DNA of 64,000 nt, taken from the IMG/VR virus record IMGVR_UViG_3300009705_000015, positions 1,016 to 65,015 of that record. One strand, written 5' to 3'. Each line of letters starts with the position of its first letter. The first letter of the stretch is position 1. Source of the stretch: a virus. Its lineage: Duplodnaviria; Caudoviricetes. Under the pieces are notes generated by a model that saw nothing but the letters and a program-made list of their open reading frames with translations, was not told the origin of the DNA and searched no databases. Made by a program: the position numbers and the translations under genes. This document shows, in pieces, positions 1 through 9,823 of the stretch.

Positions 1-1
1 A

Positions 2-394
2 ATGAGAATCCGCAAACAAATGAATGCACCTCTTAACCAAATCACCAAAGCCGCTATCCGCCAACCAACCGCAGGTGGCTCAAACGCTGATGGATATGCA
101 GTTCAATGGTGCTTGAATCGCCTTGAGCCTATGTCTGGCAACCGTATGTTATTCGTTATCTCTGACGGACAACCAGCGGGTCCTTGTCCACCAACCATGA
201 ACTGTGATGAACACTTAATCCATGTCGTGAGCAACGCCAACAAAGACATTGGATTGTTCTCCGTTGGAATTGACGGAATGGACACCAGCGCATATTATCC
301 AAACGCTGTCCGTGTCAACAATAGCAAGAACTTAATCCGTGAATCAATGCCGGTTATCCGTAAAATGGTTCGCACCATCAAGAACAAAGCATGA
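2..394 (+). CDS. C-terminal part of a vWA-domain protein (CobT-like), 5' truncated
   Basis: LFVISDGQP and DGYAVQW motifs plus SVGI strand, typical of CobT-like vWA C-termini; frame is open at the window edge. Confidence 0.7.
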   Translation: MRIRKQMNAPLNQITKAAIRQPTAGGSNADGYAVQWCLNRLEPMSGNRMLFVISDGQPAGPCPPTMNCDEHLIHVVSNANKDIGLFSVGIDGMDTSAYYPNAVRVNNSKNLIRESMPVIRKMVRTIKNKA

Positions 395-403
395 GGGATT
401 CCA

Positions 404-1858
404 ATGAGTCCGGCCTATCCATCATACCAAGCCACTTATGGTGGCCATACGGTGCATTCAATGACCGATACCATAGAGGCTGCTCTCAATCACTTTGGCC
501 ATCATACACAGGATGGTCTCATCTCGCATCAATCTCGCAGCGCCCAAAAAAGTGGCCAGCCTGATACGTTCAGGAGGTTGCTGAATCAAGAATATCCAGC
601 CACCGAATACAACAAATATACCATAAGAATGAACCTTGCTGATAGGTTAAATCTCAAGCAAAAGTATTGGGCGATTGAGAACACCCCTGCCAATCATTCC
701 GATATCGCCATGCGACTCGATGTCGATGTTGACATTGCCAATGAATCATATGGCCGTTCAATTGAAATCGAATCCAATCTGTCTCATATGGATATTTTCC
801 GATTGGCACATCGCTCTAATCCACATATCGGAATCATGGGTATGATGAGCAAACAAGCGCATCGTGATTTGGTTGATGAAGCCAATGTTCTTGGTGTGGA
901 ATCAGAACTCCAGCACCAGATTGGTAATACCATGCCTCTCATCTGGAAACAAATAGCCGATAGAATCGCTTTGGAATGGGGCGAGAATATGGTCGCTGGA
1001 TATACCATTCTTCAAGTTCTTAAGACCGAGATTAACCAACCACCCGTATCGGCACATAGCCACATTAGTGAGCATCCCGATAGTAATGCGTTAAACACCG
1101 CCTATTGCCGTTTGTTTCAACCGGATGGTGCATCACACCCATTGCTCTCCCAATACCCCATAATGTGCTACAATGGCATCAGTCCAGATGTGCATGAGGG
1201 TGATATTCTAATCGTGCCAATCAAGAATTGGGTTGGAACAGGATTCATGTTGGATGCAGTTCGTCAATCTGGAACAATCGTTGGACCCATAATCATGTCC
1301 TGTGCAGAAGAGGATAGCGACTTCGATGTGATTCCACCCGATTGGTGGAGATTCAATCCCGACAATGATTCTGGGATGGATGAGATATGTAGTCGTGTTG
1401 ATGAATATGTTCGCATGACTACTGAACAAGTGGATGAATTGGTGCTTCTCTTGGATGGCGATACTGCAAAGGCAACCTATGGATTTCAATTGAATGAATC
1501 GGTGTTTGTTCATCCAACCAAAAAGGATGCCTTTGACCACAGCATTGCTATGTCGATTCTGGCGAGCGAGGTTGATACGGGTGCGGTTGTTATCCCTATT
1601 GATGAAACCGAGTTCATTCCAGCATGGAAAGACAAGCGAGAATGCAAGACAATCGACACCGCATCTCCAGCATTTGCTCACTATCACGATGAACTCCGAT
1701 GCAAAGCCTGTAATGGTCGTGTGCTGGTGAAAATGTCATTCCCCAATCGACAAGCCAACGCTGCTTGTCCTCATTGTAAAGCCGACAAAGCAATCCAATT
1801 CCCCCATCTGATATCGGTGTCAACCGAACAATTTAAGACGGTGGGAATACACGAATGA
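404..1858 (+). CDS. hypothetical protein with C-terminal Zn ribbon
   Basis: 484-aa ORF; CKAC...CPHC near the C-terminus. Confidence 0.7.
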   Translation: MSPAYPSYQATYGGHTVHSMTDTIEAALNHFGHHTQDGLISHQSRSAQKSGQPDTFRRLLNQEYPATEYNKYTIRMNLADRLNLKQKYWAIENTPANHSDIAMRLDVDVDIANESYGRSIEIESNLSHMDIFRLAHRSNPHIGIMGMMSKQAHRDLVDEANVLGVESELQHQIGNTMPLIWKQIADRIALEWGENMVAGYTILQVLKTEINQPPVSAHSHISEHPDSNALNTAYCRLFQPDGASHPLLSQYPIMCYNGISPDVHEGDILIVPIKNWVGTGFMLDAVRQSGTIVGPIIMSCAEEDSDFDVIPPDWWRFNPDNDSGMDEICSRVDEYVRMTTEQVDELVLLLDGDTAKATYGFQLNESVFVHPTKKDAFDHSIAMSILASEVDTGAVVIPIDETEFIPAWKDKRECKTIDTASPAFAHYHDELRCKACNGRVLVKMSFPNRQANAACPHCKADKAIQFPHLISVSTEQFKTVGIHE

Positions 1859-1868
1859 AGTGATACCT

Positions 1869-2348
1869 ATGGCTACTAAAATACCGAACCCCCTGATGAA
1901 ATCAATCCTGACTACTTTAGTGAACTCCCAAGCAACGGGTCCATTGACTTCTGCTCAAATCTGCGAACGTGTAAATGCCGACCCAAATCTCCCAGAGAAC
2001 TATCAACAGACTCCAAAAAAATTAGCATTTGTCTTGAAACAAGTCGCTCGAATCGTTGATGGCGTTGACTCGATAGTGATGAGTCGCAACGGCACGAGCC
2101 ATCATGGCAATGCCAGATTCCGTGTTGGATTCCAAACCGATATGACTTTGGATGAAGCCGAGCAAGCAGCAGGTGTTATCAAAAAACCAAAGGCAAATCT
2201 CAAACAAATCACCGTCAATCTCCCAGCAGATTGCGTTGACTACATCAAGGCGTGGAGAGAATCTGGCGTGGCCGCAGGTCGAATTGTTCAGAACCTCATC
2301 CGTGCCGATATTGAAGCCAATGGCTTGCCATCTAAGAAGGGCGAATGA
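1869..2348 (+). CDS. putative DNA-binding regulator (N-terminal wHTH-like, C-terminal ribbon-helix-helix)
   Basis: C-terminal KQITVNLPADCVDYIKAW...AAGRIVQNLI fits the RHH pattern. Confidence 0.55.
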   Translation: MATKIPNPLMKSILTTLVNSQATGPLTSAQICERVNADPNLPENYQQTPKKLAFVLKQVARIVDGVDSIVMSRNGTSHHGNARFRVGFQTDMTLDEAEQAAGVIKKPKANLKQITVNLPADCVDYIKAWRESGVAAGRIVQNLIRADIEANGLPSKKGE

Positions 2349-2464
2349 GTATGGCTACAAAGAAGCATAAGGCGCATCCAAAGGGCATCTGGCCGAACAT
2401 CAAGCAAGACAAACGCAATCCACGAAAGAGTTCAACGACTACTTTGACATTCAAAAAGAAGTGA
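2345..2464 (+). CDS. small basic peptide (39 aa, MSMATKKHKAHPKG...)
   Basis: ATGA overlap with the upstream stop; below the ORF-track cutoff. Confidence 0.3.
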   Translation: MSMATKKHKAHPKGIWPNIKQDKRNPRKSSTTTLTFKKK

Positions 2465-2659
2465 ATGATTCACTTGATAGTGAATCCAAATCTCCTGTTT
2501 ATTCGTCTGGCGAAAGCCTTCTTCGTTGTCGATTTACGAATCAATTTTCAGACTATTCGCGATTGCGAATAATTAGGCTTATCGAACTCAATACCATTTC
2601 ACGTTCAAACAGAACGTCGATTATTCTCCAGCCTGTCGATTTGTTGAATATCCCAAGAC

Positions 2660-2690
2660 ATTGATAAATCGAAGCATTGATAAGGTGCAA
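2660..2690 (+). promoter_or_regulatory. class A promoter (tandem ATTGATA box plus TATA-like TTGATAAG)
   Basis: attgataaatcgaagcattgataagg; ATG 29 nt after the start of the second TTGATA. Confidence 0.7.
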
Positions 2691-2705
2691 CCGTCAGCAC
2701 CCACC

Positions 2706-3113
2706 ATGTCGAACCACTTTGACAACCGAACCGATGCCCAAAAAAAGACAGCAGCAAAGAAGCACTATCTCGGTGCTTTGTTCCATTCTGTCTTTTACGA
2801 TAACGAACAAAGAGACCGCCCAATCGTTGGTGATACGGTCATGTCCAGCACAGCAAACACATTAGTTCGCAACAAAATGGCTATGATTCACACATTCCCA
2901 ATGCCTGATGGTTCAATCAAAGTATGTCTTGGAATGATGAAATCTGGATGCAAAGTCTATGGTGAAAATGCAAACCTTTGGACTATCGTTGATGGCAAGA
3001 CCACTTCAATCTCTTCATACCCACGATACAAGCACGAGCGAGTATTCATCAATTCAGTTCGTGATGCTTGCTACAAATTGACTAATGGAAAGTTCTCCCT
3101 AAAGGGTCTTTGA
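2706..3113 (+). CDS. hypothetical protein (class A cassette)
   Basis: ORF; start placed at the leaderless ATG after the promoter. Confidence 0.7.
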   Translation: MSNHFDNRTDAQKKTAAKKHYLGALFHSVFYDNEQRDRPIVGDTVMSSTANTLVRNKMAMIHTFPMPDGSIKVCLGMMKSGCKVYGENANLWTIVDGKTTSISSYPRYKHERVFINSVRDACYKLTNGKFSLKGL

Positions 3114-3207
3114 AATCAATCAACCGCCGCCTGAAAAAAGGCGATTTAATGGGTAATTCCATTGATATTCCCAAAGCATTGATAAGGGTGTAGCCCAACG
3201 CATAGAT

Positions 3208-3561
3208 ATGAGCGCACAGACAGACTCGACTCGAATTGAGATTCGCACACGAAAAGGTGTCGAGATAATGTTCAATGTTGATAACTCAACCGACAAGACC
3301 GTCAAGACCGGAGTTATTACTCACCGATTCAATCAAGGCGAAGGCCGAACTCACGCAATCGGATGCGGTGCAATCAACCGAGAATCCAGAGGAACCGCAG
3401 CAGTCAATGATAGACACCGCAACCATGTTGAAATCCGCATGGTCGGATTCACCATTGAACAATCCGCTGGAATCATCTATTCCGACTTCATCAACGAAGG
3501 CAGCATGACAATCGCAGAAGCGGTTGCTTGCATGGGTCAATGCAAGTGCGTTAAGGCATGA
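3208..3561 (+). CDS. hypothetical protein (class A cassette)
   Basis: ORF preceded by cattgatattcccaaagcattgataaggg at 3160-3188. Confidence 0.7.
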   Translation: MSAQTDSTRIEIRTRKGVEIMFNVDNSTDKTVKTGVITHRFNQGEGRTHAIGCGAINRESRGTAAVNDRHRNHVEIRMVGFTIEQSAGIIYSDFINEGSMTIAEAVACMGQCKCVKA

Positions 3562-3625
3562 GCCACATACCCACCATCGAGGCATCCTCGCCCTTTGATA
3601 AGGGTGGGTTGACCCTTGAGGATTT

Positions 3626-3823
3626 ATGACCAAGTTCAGAGTTCGTGTCGATTTAGGAACTCAAGGTTGCGTTGACATAACCAAAGAAGGGAATGTCGGC
3701 GAAGCGTTGAGAGCCGCATATGAAGAATGCAGAAAACGAAAGACAAATCCCATTGCTGTCAATGTTCAGCAAGTGGTGGAGTCTGACCCAAAATGGCAAG
3801 CCACCAACCCCTCACGCTCGTGA
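3626..3823 (+). CDS. small hypothetical protein
   Basis: ORF preceded by ttgataagggtggg. Confidence 0.6.
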   Translation: MTKFRVRVDLGTQGCVDITKEGNVGEALRAAYEECRKRKTNPIAVNVQQVVESDPKWQATNPSRS

Positions 3824-4044
3824 GTCTGGCAACAGGTGGCTCGACAGGGCGATTGCATATCATGGAGGGCATAAGCCCCAAGACGGTCTGTGGGCGAACC
3901 ACAGACGACTCCATTGTCCATGAGGGCGTGTGGGTCGAAGAGATACTCAACAACGGCGATATGAGCAAAGCAACATCAGTGTGCGCTCGATGCCGTGCAG
4001 CCGTGAATAAGTTAAGGGCTATTGTCAATAACCCCAAGCCTTGA
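3820..4044 (+). CDS. small Zn-binding hypothetical protein
   Basis: GTGA overlap with the upstream gene; H..CG...CARC. Confidence 0.5.
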   Translation: MSLATGGSTGRLHIMEGISPKTVCGRTTDDSIVHEGVWVEEILNNGDMSKATSVCARCRAAVNKLRAIVNNPKP

Positions 4045-4053
4045 TGGAGGGTC

Positions 4054-4401
4054 ATGCAAGTGGTCGAGATTGGATTGATGCGCTGGGTCGTGAGTGGCCG
4101 CTTGGGAATGGAACTGTGGGGATTTATTGACGACGACTCCGATTGCAGTTCAAACCCAGATGCGATTGTTCGCATTTCACCCCTTCATTGGGATTTTACT
4201 TTTCCAAATACTCAAGGTTCTGGCCGTGTCCGAATCGGTGCGGGCTGCACATACAATCCTCTCCAGATGATTGAAGCAATGTGGCAACAAATTATCGAAT
4301 CCGATAACAAGAATCCAACGCTGGTAATCGACATGGATTTTGACAATTTCACGTTCGACCCAGACAAACCATTTGGTGAACTTGGGGCGGATTGGGAATG
4401 A
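4054..4401 (+). CDS. hypothetical protein
   Basis: ORF with GGAGG upstream, in the operon. Confidence 0.55.
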   Translation: MQVVEIGLMRWVVSGRLGMELWGFIDDDSDCSSNPDAIVRISPLHWDFTFPNTQGSGRVRIGAGCTYNPLQMIEAMWQQIIESDNKNPTLVIDMDFDNFTFDPDKPFGELGADWE

Positions 4402-4685
4402 TGGTTTGGGTCCATAAAAACGACGATGGTTCAACAGAACTTGTCGGCTATGACAAGGGAATGAGAATCATTGCTCGGCTCATTGAGAACGGCGACGATT
4501 GGTCAATCACCAGCAAGAATGGAGATACATACTCGATGAAAGGTTCTGCTTGTCCAGACCCAATCGACTTCATATTCAAGTTAATCTCACCCGTCAATCC
4601 AAATCCTGATGGCGAGGACATTCCCTATCTCCGATTCCAAAACGACTCCACAGGTGAATGCTGGGAGGTATGGGCTGTCAAGTGA
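4398..4685 (+). CDS. hypothetical protein
   Basis: ATGA-coupled ORF. Confidence 0.55.
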   Translation: MMVWVHKNDDGSTELVGYDKGMRIIARLIENGDDWSITSKNGDTYSMKGSACPDPIDFIFKLISPVNPNPDGEDIPYLRFQNDSTGECWEVWAVK

Positions 4686-4763
4686 TGGCCGACCCGATAC
4701 GCAGGTGGGCTGACGGCTTATCAATGTTTTGGTTCTCAATGTTTTTGGATTTTAGTGATTATT

Positions 4764-6614
4764 ATGGCAACAAGAGATGAATCAATCCGTTCATGGATTC
4801 GCACGAACTACCCAAACCAATCAATCCGTGCCAACATGAGTTATGGTCAATTGGTCAGAATTGTTCAAGACCTGTCTGGAGGTTTGCCAGATGTTTTGGG
4901 AGAAGTTCCTGACGATATGAAATCGACACGGATATTTGGCTCGATACAACCAACAACAACGGACAGTTCTGGAACGTCAAATCTGAAAATTGGAACAACA
5001 TCAACCGGCGCATCTGGCAGCAATGCCGCAGCAACAATCACCGATGGCAAATTGAATCTCACATTGCCGAGAGGAACAACGGGAACCACAGGTGCATCTG
5101 GGGCATCTGGGGCAACAGGCTCAACCGGCGCTGATGGGTCGCAAGGCATTCAAGGCATTCAAGGCTCTCAAGGAATACAAGGAGATGAAGGCTCTCAAGG
5201 AACTGCTGGGGCGGCGGGTTCTCAAGGTATTCAAGGTGCTACGGGAACCACAGGTTCTCAAGGTGCTACGGGTCCAGCAGGACTCCAATGGCGAGGTGCT
5301 TGGTCGTCAGCAACCGCATATATCGTATCTGATGTTTCATCCGATTCAGGCCATTCATACGTTTGCATCGTGGCGAATCAATATCGACAACCTCCCAACG
5401 CAACCTATTGGGAATTGCTCGCTGACGCTGGTGCTGCGGGTCCGACAGGTTCAACGGGTCCTCAAGGAGATGTTGGAACAACCGGCTCTCAAGGTGCGAC
5501 CGGCTCAACAGGCTCACAGGGTCCTCAAGGAGATGCTGGCTCTCAAGGTATTCAAGGTAATCAAGGAGTTCAAGGCACTGCTGGAACCACAGGTTCAACG
5601 GGTTCAACGGGGGCGCAGGGTGCAACGGGTTCATCAGGACTTGGAGTTCCTGCTGGTGGTGCAGCACATAAAGCATTGACCAAAATTGATGCCACCGATA
5701 ACAACACCCAATGGGGCGGGGTTATCGAGTTCGCTCAAGCCGATATACCATCTGCACCAGCAACGGGGAATATCCGAATCGGTGCTGGCAACAACAGCAA
5801 CACATTCGCCATCAACACCGAACATGGCTACATCAACATGGGAATGCAAAACGGTGGAACATGGGCGCACATGAAAACAAGTGCAACATACTTCTATTTT
5901 CACAGGTCAATTCAATTGGATGGTGGCGACGGATTGTATGCGTATGATGGCGATTTTTGGGTCAAGACCGACGACAAGAATAACGCACATCACGAGCGTT
6001 TGACAATTCTCGGTGGAGATAGTCTCGTTGCTGGTGAAACACGAATAGGGATTGACAAAACAACCCCAGCAACCGAACTCGATGTGAATGGAACAATTCG
6101 CCAATCTGCGACTACAAATGCAATCGTCTATGCCGATGCAAACGGCGACCTCACCCCATTGACGATTGGTGCTAATCTCACGCTCACAGGGAACTCTTTG
6201 GCCGCATCTGGTGGTGGTGGTGGAGGAACAAATCTATTGCCACCGACTCTCCAGCCTGTTCCTGATGGTGGATTCATTCCCCAAAACCTCAACAAAGTGA
6301 TTGCTTTGGGTGGCGATGGCAGCCCTATGATAATTGACTTGCCACCAACAACCCCAACACATCAAATTACAATCACGAACACGGCATCGACTCCTGTGTT
6401 GGTTCAATTGACTCCAGCCTCATTCCCTCCGATTCTGTGGACTAAAATGAATGGCCAAACAGGAATCCCGATGCAAGGAGGGATGCTGACAGTTCATGCA
6501 GGTGTCAGTGTGAATGCCGTCTATACTAATGATGATGGGGGCGGTCAACCCAGATACTACATCGAAACATTCAATGTCAGCGAAGAAGGTCGAACCATAG
6601 ATATTGCACCATGA
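4764..6614 (+). CDS. collagen-like (Gly-X-Y) fibre protein
   Basis: Two G-X-Y runs flank a WRGAWSSATAY...SYVC...YWELL module; RIGIDKTTPATELDVNG fibre motif. Confidence 0.8.
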   Translation: MATRDESIRSWIRTNYPNQSIRANMSYGQLVRIVQDLSGGLPDVLGEVPDDMKSTRIFGSIQPTTTDSSGTSNLKIGTTSTGASGSNAAATITDGKLNLTLPRGTTGTTGASGASGATGSTGADGSQGIQGIQGSQGIQGDEGSQGTAGAAGSQGIQGATGTTGSQGATGPAGLQWRGAWSSATAYIVSDVSSDSGHSYVCIVANQYRQPPNATYWELLADAGAAGPTGSTGPQGDVGTTGSQGATGSTGSQGPQGDAGSQGIQGNQGVQGTAGTTGSTGSTGAQGATGSSGLGVPAGGAAHKALTKIDATDNNTQWGGVIEFAQADIPSAPATGNIRIGAGNNSNTFAINTEHGYINMGMQNGGTWAHMKTSATYFYFHRSIQLDGGDGLYAYDGDFWVKTDDKNNAHHERLTILGGDSLVAGETRIGIDKTTPATELDVNGTIRQSATTNAIVYADANGDLTPLTIGANLTLTGNSLAASGGGGGGTNLLPPTLQPVPDGGFIPQNLNKVIALGGDGSPMIIDLPPTTPTHQITITNTASTPVLVQLTPASFPPILWTKMNGQTGIPMQGGMLTVHAGVSVNAVYTNDDGGGQPRYYIETFNVSEEGRTIDIAP

Positions 6615-6648
6615 AGCATTTATAGTGGAGTCTCATCAGTGAAACTCC

Positions 6649-6828
6649 ATGACCGAACCATCCAATCCCAAAGGCATATTCAATGGGAGTCTATGCGACC
6701 GTTGCGGGGCTGTAATCAACCAATACAACACGAGGGCTGGTCGTGGCAAAACCGCATCCAAAATACTCTGTGGCAAATGCTATTTGATAAGCAAGAGAGA
6801 ACAAAGAATAAGAGATGGAATGCTTTGA
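6649..6828 (+). CDS. small Zn-finger protein (59 aa)
   Basis: Own translation MTEPSNPKGIFNGSLCDRC...LCGKCY; TTTATAG box 30 nt upstream. Confidence 0.6.
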   Translation: MTEPSNPKGIFNGSLCDRCGAVINQYNTRAGRGKTASKILCGKCYLISKREQRIRDGML

Positions 6829-6871
6829 TATTGCGACCCTTTGATAAGGGTGGGATTTGACTCGCTAATCT

Positions 6872-7240
6872 ATGATAACTGACGACCCAGCGGAATACGC
6901 AATGTGGCAACAGGAACAAATCCGTGATGCTGAAATGGCGGAGGAACACCATCTGGAACAATTGCACGAGGCCACGAACGTAATGAAGCAAATCCATGAA
7001 GTGGTTGACATCAATTGGATTGCCATGAAGCGTGAGCAAAATATGTCAGAGTCGATTATCAATTCCATCAAGGAGAGTCTTAAAACACATCGAGACAAGA
7101 GCCATGTATTCCATTGCATCATGTCGCCGATTCTCCAAGCATTGAATGAATCTGAATACTTGCTCGAAGCGAGTCGTGATATATTCGTTGACCCAAACAG
7201 TAAAAGTGCTGGTGAGGCTGGGGAGATTAAGGGGGATTGA
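6872..7240 (+). CDS. hypothetical protein
   Basis: ORF with a tandem TTGATA promoter at 6824-6854. Confidence 0.65.
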   Translation: MITDDPAEYAMWQQEQIRDAEMAEEHHLEQLHEATNVMKQIHEVVDINWIAMKREQNMSESIINSIKESLKTHRDKSHVFHCIMSPILQALNESEYLLEASRDIFVDPNSKSAGEAGEIKGD

Positions 7241-7243
7241 AAT

Positions 7244-9496
7244 GTGTCTGATGAAAAACCAACAAGGCCATTCCGATACATCTCTTGCTTCTCTGGAATC
7301 GAAGCCGCATCCGTCGCTTGGGAACCACTTGGATGGGAACCTGCAGCATTCTGTGAAATCGAGCCATTCCCATCTGCGGTCTTGGCAAAACGATTCCCAG
7401 ATGTTCCAAATCTCGGAGATATTACAAAGGTGAATTGGGATGAATGGAAAGACAAAGACATTGACCTTATCATCGGAGGCTCACCATGCCAATCGTTTTC
7501 TGTTGCAGGAAAGCGACTTGGATTGGATGATGCTCGTGGGAACTTGGCAATCGAGTTCTGCCGCATTATTGACACGGTTCGACCAACATGGTTCATCCTT
7601 GAAAATGTCGCTGGTCTCCTGTCGTCTGACGGAGGGAGGGATTTTGGTTCCCTTATCGAACTCATGGGGGAATGCGGGTATGGGGTCTCATACAGGATTC
7701 TTGACGCTCAACACTTCGGAGTTCCCCAACGCCGTCGTCGAGTCTTCGTTGTTGGACATATTAGAGCCGATTGGCGACATTCCGCAGCGGTATTATTTGA
7801 GCAAAGCAGCCTGCAGCGGAATCATTCGCCGACACACGGAGGCGAGAGCAAAGAGGATGCCAGAAGTTCTCCAGAAGGCTTTGGAGAGAGGGGCAGCGGG
7901 GATGGTAAATCTCCCGATACTCGAAGAAGAGTAAAGACCGAGACCTATGGAATCGGTGGTGGCCAAGCCGCCCAATGGACTAATCCAGCCGCCAATCTCG
8001 CACCAACACTTCATTGTCAATCGGATTGCGCTCTTGTCGGACATGAAGTCGATGATTCGGCATTTGCATTTGTTGAATCCATGAATCACGATTCAGATGG
8101 CAAAGCACGACGACAGATTCGAGTCAAAGGAGATAAGACCAACACCGTTGGAACAACGAGTCAAGGTGGAACAACCCATGCGACTATGGTTGCACAGGAA
8201 ACTGACGACCCAGCAGCATTCGCATTCAATCAAGGATTGACTAAGAATGGCAAAGGGATTCTCCGTCAACCCGTGAATATCACAGGCGACACGACCAACA
8301 CTATTTCAACAACCCAAAACCCACGAAACGCTGCAACAATGGTTGCACAGGATATGGACCCAGATGCCTTCGCATTCGTTGAGGGTATGAACCAAGCCAA
8401 AGACGGTTCGACACGCAAGCAAGTGAACGTGAAGGGCGACAAAACCAATTCTCTATCCACGCACCACGATACCAGCACGAATGCAACAATGATTGCACAG
8501 GCTCATCCATCTGGTGTCGATTGGGATGGTGAACTGCCAATCGGTATCGGAGGCAATCAATCCAACCAACAAACAGTCAATTCGTTGATGGAGAACAAAT
8601 CTCCAACATTGGCGGTTGATGCTCGCAATGCGGTTGCAGTTCCGATTCCAGATACAGCATTTGTTCTCGATGGAGTCAATTCCAATTCGATGAAATCATC
8701 CAACCCAGATTCTGGAATCCACGAAGAATCAATATCTCCGACTCTTGACACATCAGCACCAACACCGGCCAAGAATCAAGGCGGGCTGGCGATTCTCCAA
8801 GAGGATTCCGTTTTGCCTATTCAGATATTCACGAAGGGTCAAAATGGAACAGGAGTCGGTCAGGCTGGTGCGCCTTCATACACATTAAGTGAAATGGGGA
8901 ATGAAGGGATTATTTCAATTCCCAATGATGAGGGAGATGATGTTGCAGCATTCACATCAGTGGGAGATGGCCGTGTCTTTGAATCAAAGGTTCACCCAAC
9001 ACTTTCATCATCTGGTGGTGGCCAAGCGGGTCAAGGTTATCCTGCAGTTCGTCAAGAAGGAGTTCCACGCCAGCCTGCGGTTGCCGTTGCTATCAATGAC
9101 GACCATGAGGGTCGGCTTGTTGGTGGAGATGGTTCACGAACAGGAACTGTGTTGAGTCAACCACATAAATATCAATCCCAAATACTTGAGAAGCGAGATA
9201 TGATTGTTCGTCGATTGACTCCAAAAGAATGTGAGCGATTGCAGGGATTCCCAGATGATTGGACTAAAATTGAATGGAATGGCAAATCGGCTGATGATTG
9301 TCCTGATGGCCACCGATACAAAGCGTGTGGGAACTCGATGGCCGTGCCGGTCATTCGATGGCTTGGCGTGAGGATTCAGAACGTGCATAATGCAATTCCA
9401 GAAGTTCCATTGCCAGATGATGATGATACGCTCTTAGCCGATTTCAAAGACGGTGTGGCGGTCGGTCAAAAGACAATGGATTCGTGGTTTTCATAA
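7244..9496 (+). CDS. DNA (cytosine-5) methyltransferase with expanded variable region
   Basis: Motifs FSGIEA (I), GSPCQSFS (IV), ENV (VI), QRRRRVF (VIII), RRLTPKECERLQGFP (IX), GNSMAVPV (X). Confidence 0.95.
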   Translation: MSDEKPTRPFRYISCFSGIEAASVAWEPLGWEPAAFCEIEPFPSAVLAKRFPDVPNLGDITKVNWDEWKDKDIDLIIGGSPCQSFSVAGKRLGLDDARGNLAIEFCRIIDTVRPTWFILENVAGLLSSDGGRDFGSLIELMGECGYGVSYRILDAQHFGVPQRRRRVFVVGHIRADWRHSAAVLFEQSSLQRNHSPTHGGESKEDARSSPEGFGERGSGDGKSPDTRRRVKTETYGIGGGQAAQWTNPAANLAPTLHCQSDCALVGHEVDDSAFAFVESMNHDSDGKARRQIRVKGDKTNTVGTTSQGGTTHATMVAQETDDPAAFAFNQGLTKNGKGILRQPVNITGDTTNTISTTQNPRNAATMVAQDMDPDAFAFVEGMNQAKDGSTRKQVNVKGDKTNSLSTHHDTSTNATMIAQAHPSGVDWDGELPIGIGGNQSNQQTVNSLMENKSPTLAVDARNAVAVPIPDTAFVLDGVNSNSMKSSNPDSGIHEESISPTLDTSAPTPAKNQGGLAILQEDSVLPIQIFTKGQNGTGVGQAGAPSYTLSEMGNEGIISIPNDEGDDVAAFTSVGDGRVFESKVHPTLSSSGGGQAGQGYPAVRQEGVPRQPAVAVAINDDHEGRLVGGDGSRTGTVLSQPHKYQSQILEKRDMIVRRLTPKECERLQGFPDDWTKIEWNGKSADDCPDGHRYKACGNSMAVPVIRWLGVRIQNVHNAIPEVPLPDDDDTLLADFKDGVAVGQKTMDSWFS

Positions 9497-9768
9497 TGAC
9501 AAGAAACCAGCAATGTCGAATGCAAATTAAACAAGCATTACAGGGAATGAATGTTGGTGATGAGTTCGGTTTGGATGAATTAGTCGAAGCAATGAGAATC
9601 CCCAAATCCCCAGATAGAAGGGGGTTGAGAATGCAACAACCCCGTCAACGAGTCGCAATGATATTGACGGAATGGGTGAACCACAGATTCGTCGTCAGAG
9701 CGCAGTTAAATCAACAGACAACCATCCTATACAGGTTGGTCAAATCGGTTGATGATTGGCATGGATAG
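9496..9768 (+). CDS. small putative wHTH protein
   Basis: TAATG coupling to the MTase stop; helix-helix-wing pattern by eye. Confidence 0.45.
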   Translation: MTRNQQCRMQIKQALQGMNVGDEFGLDELVEAMRIPKSPDRRGLRMQQPRQRVAMILTEWVNHRFVVRAQLNQQTTILYRLVKSVDDWHG

Positions 9769-9823
9769 TCGCAACCTCAATACTACGAAAGTGTGAATAA
9801 CCACTTAGCGATAGGTCAATGAT

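Noticed and set aside
5080-5640. GGTTCTCAAGGT-like repeats
   Set aside because: Explained by collagen Gly-X-Y coding.
7900-9200. Intein in the methyltransferase
   Set aside because: No C/S...HN splice junctions or LAGLIDADG motifs; the insert is repeat-built and sits in the normal variable region.
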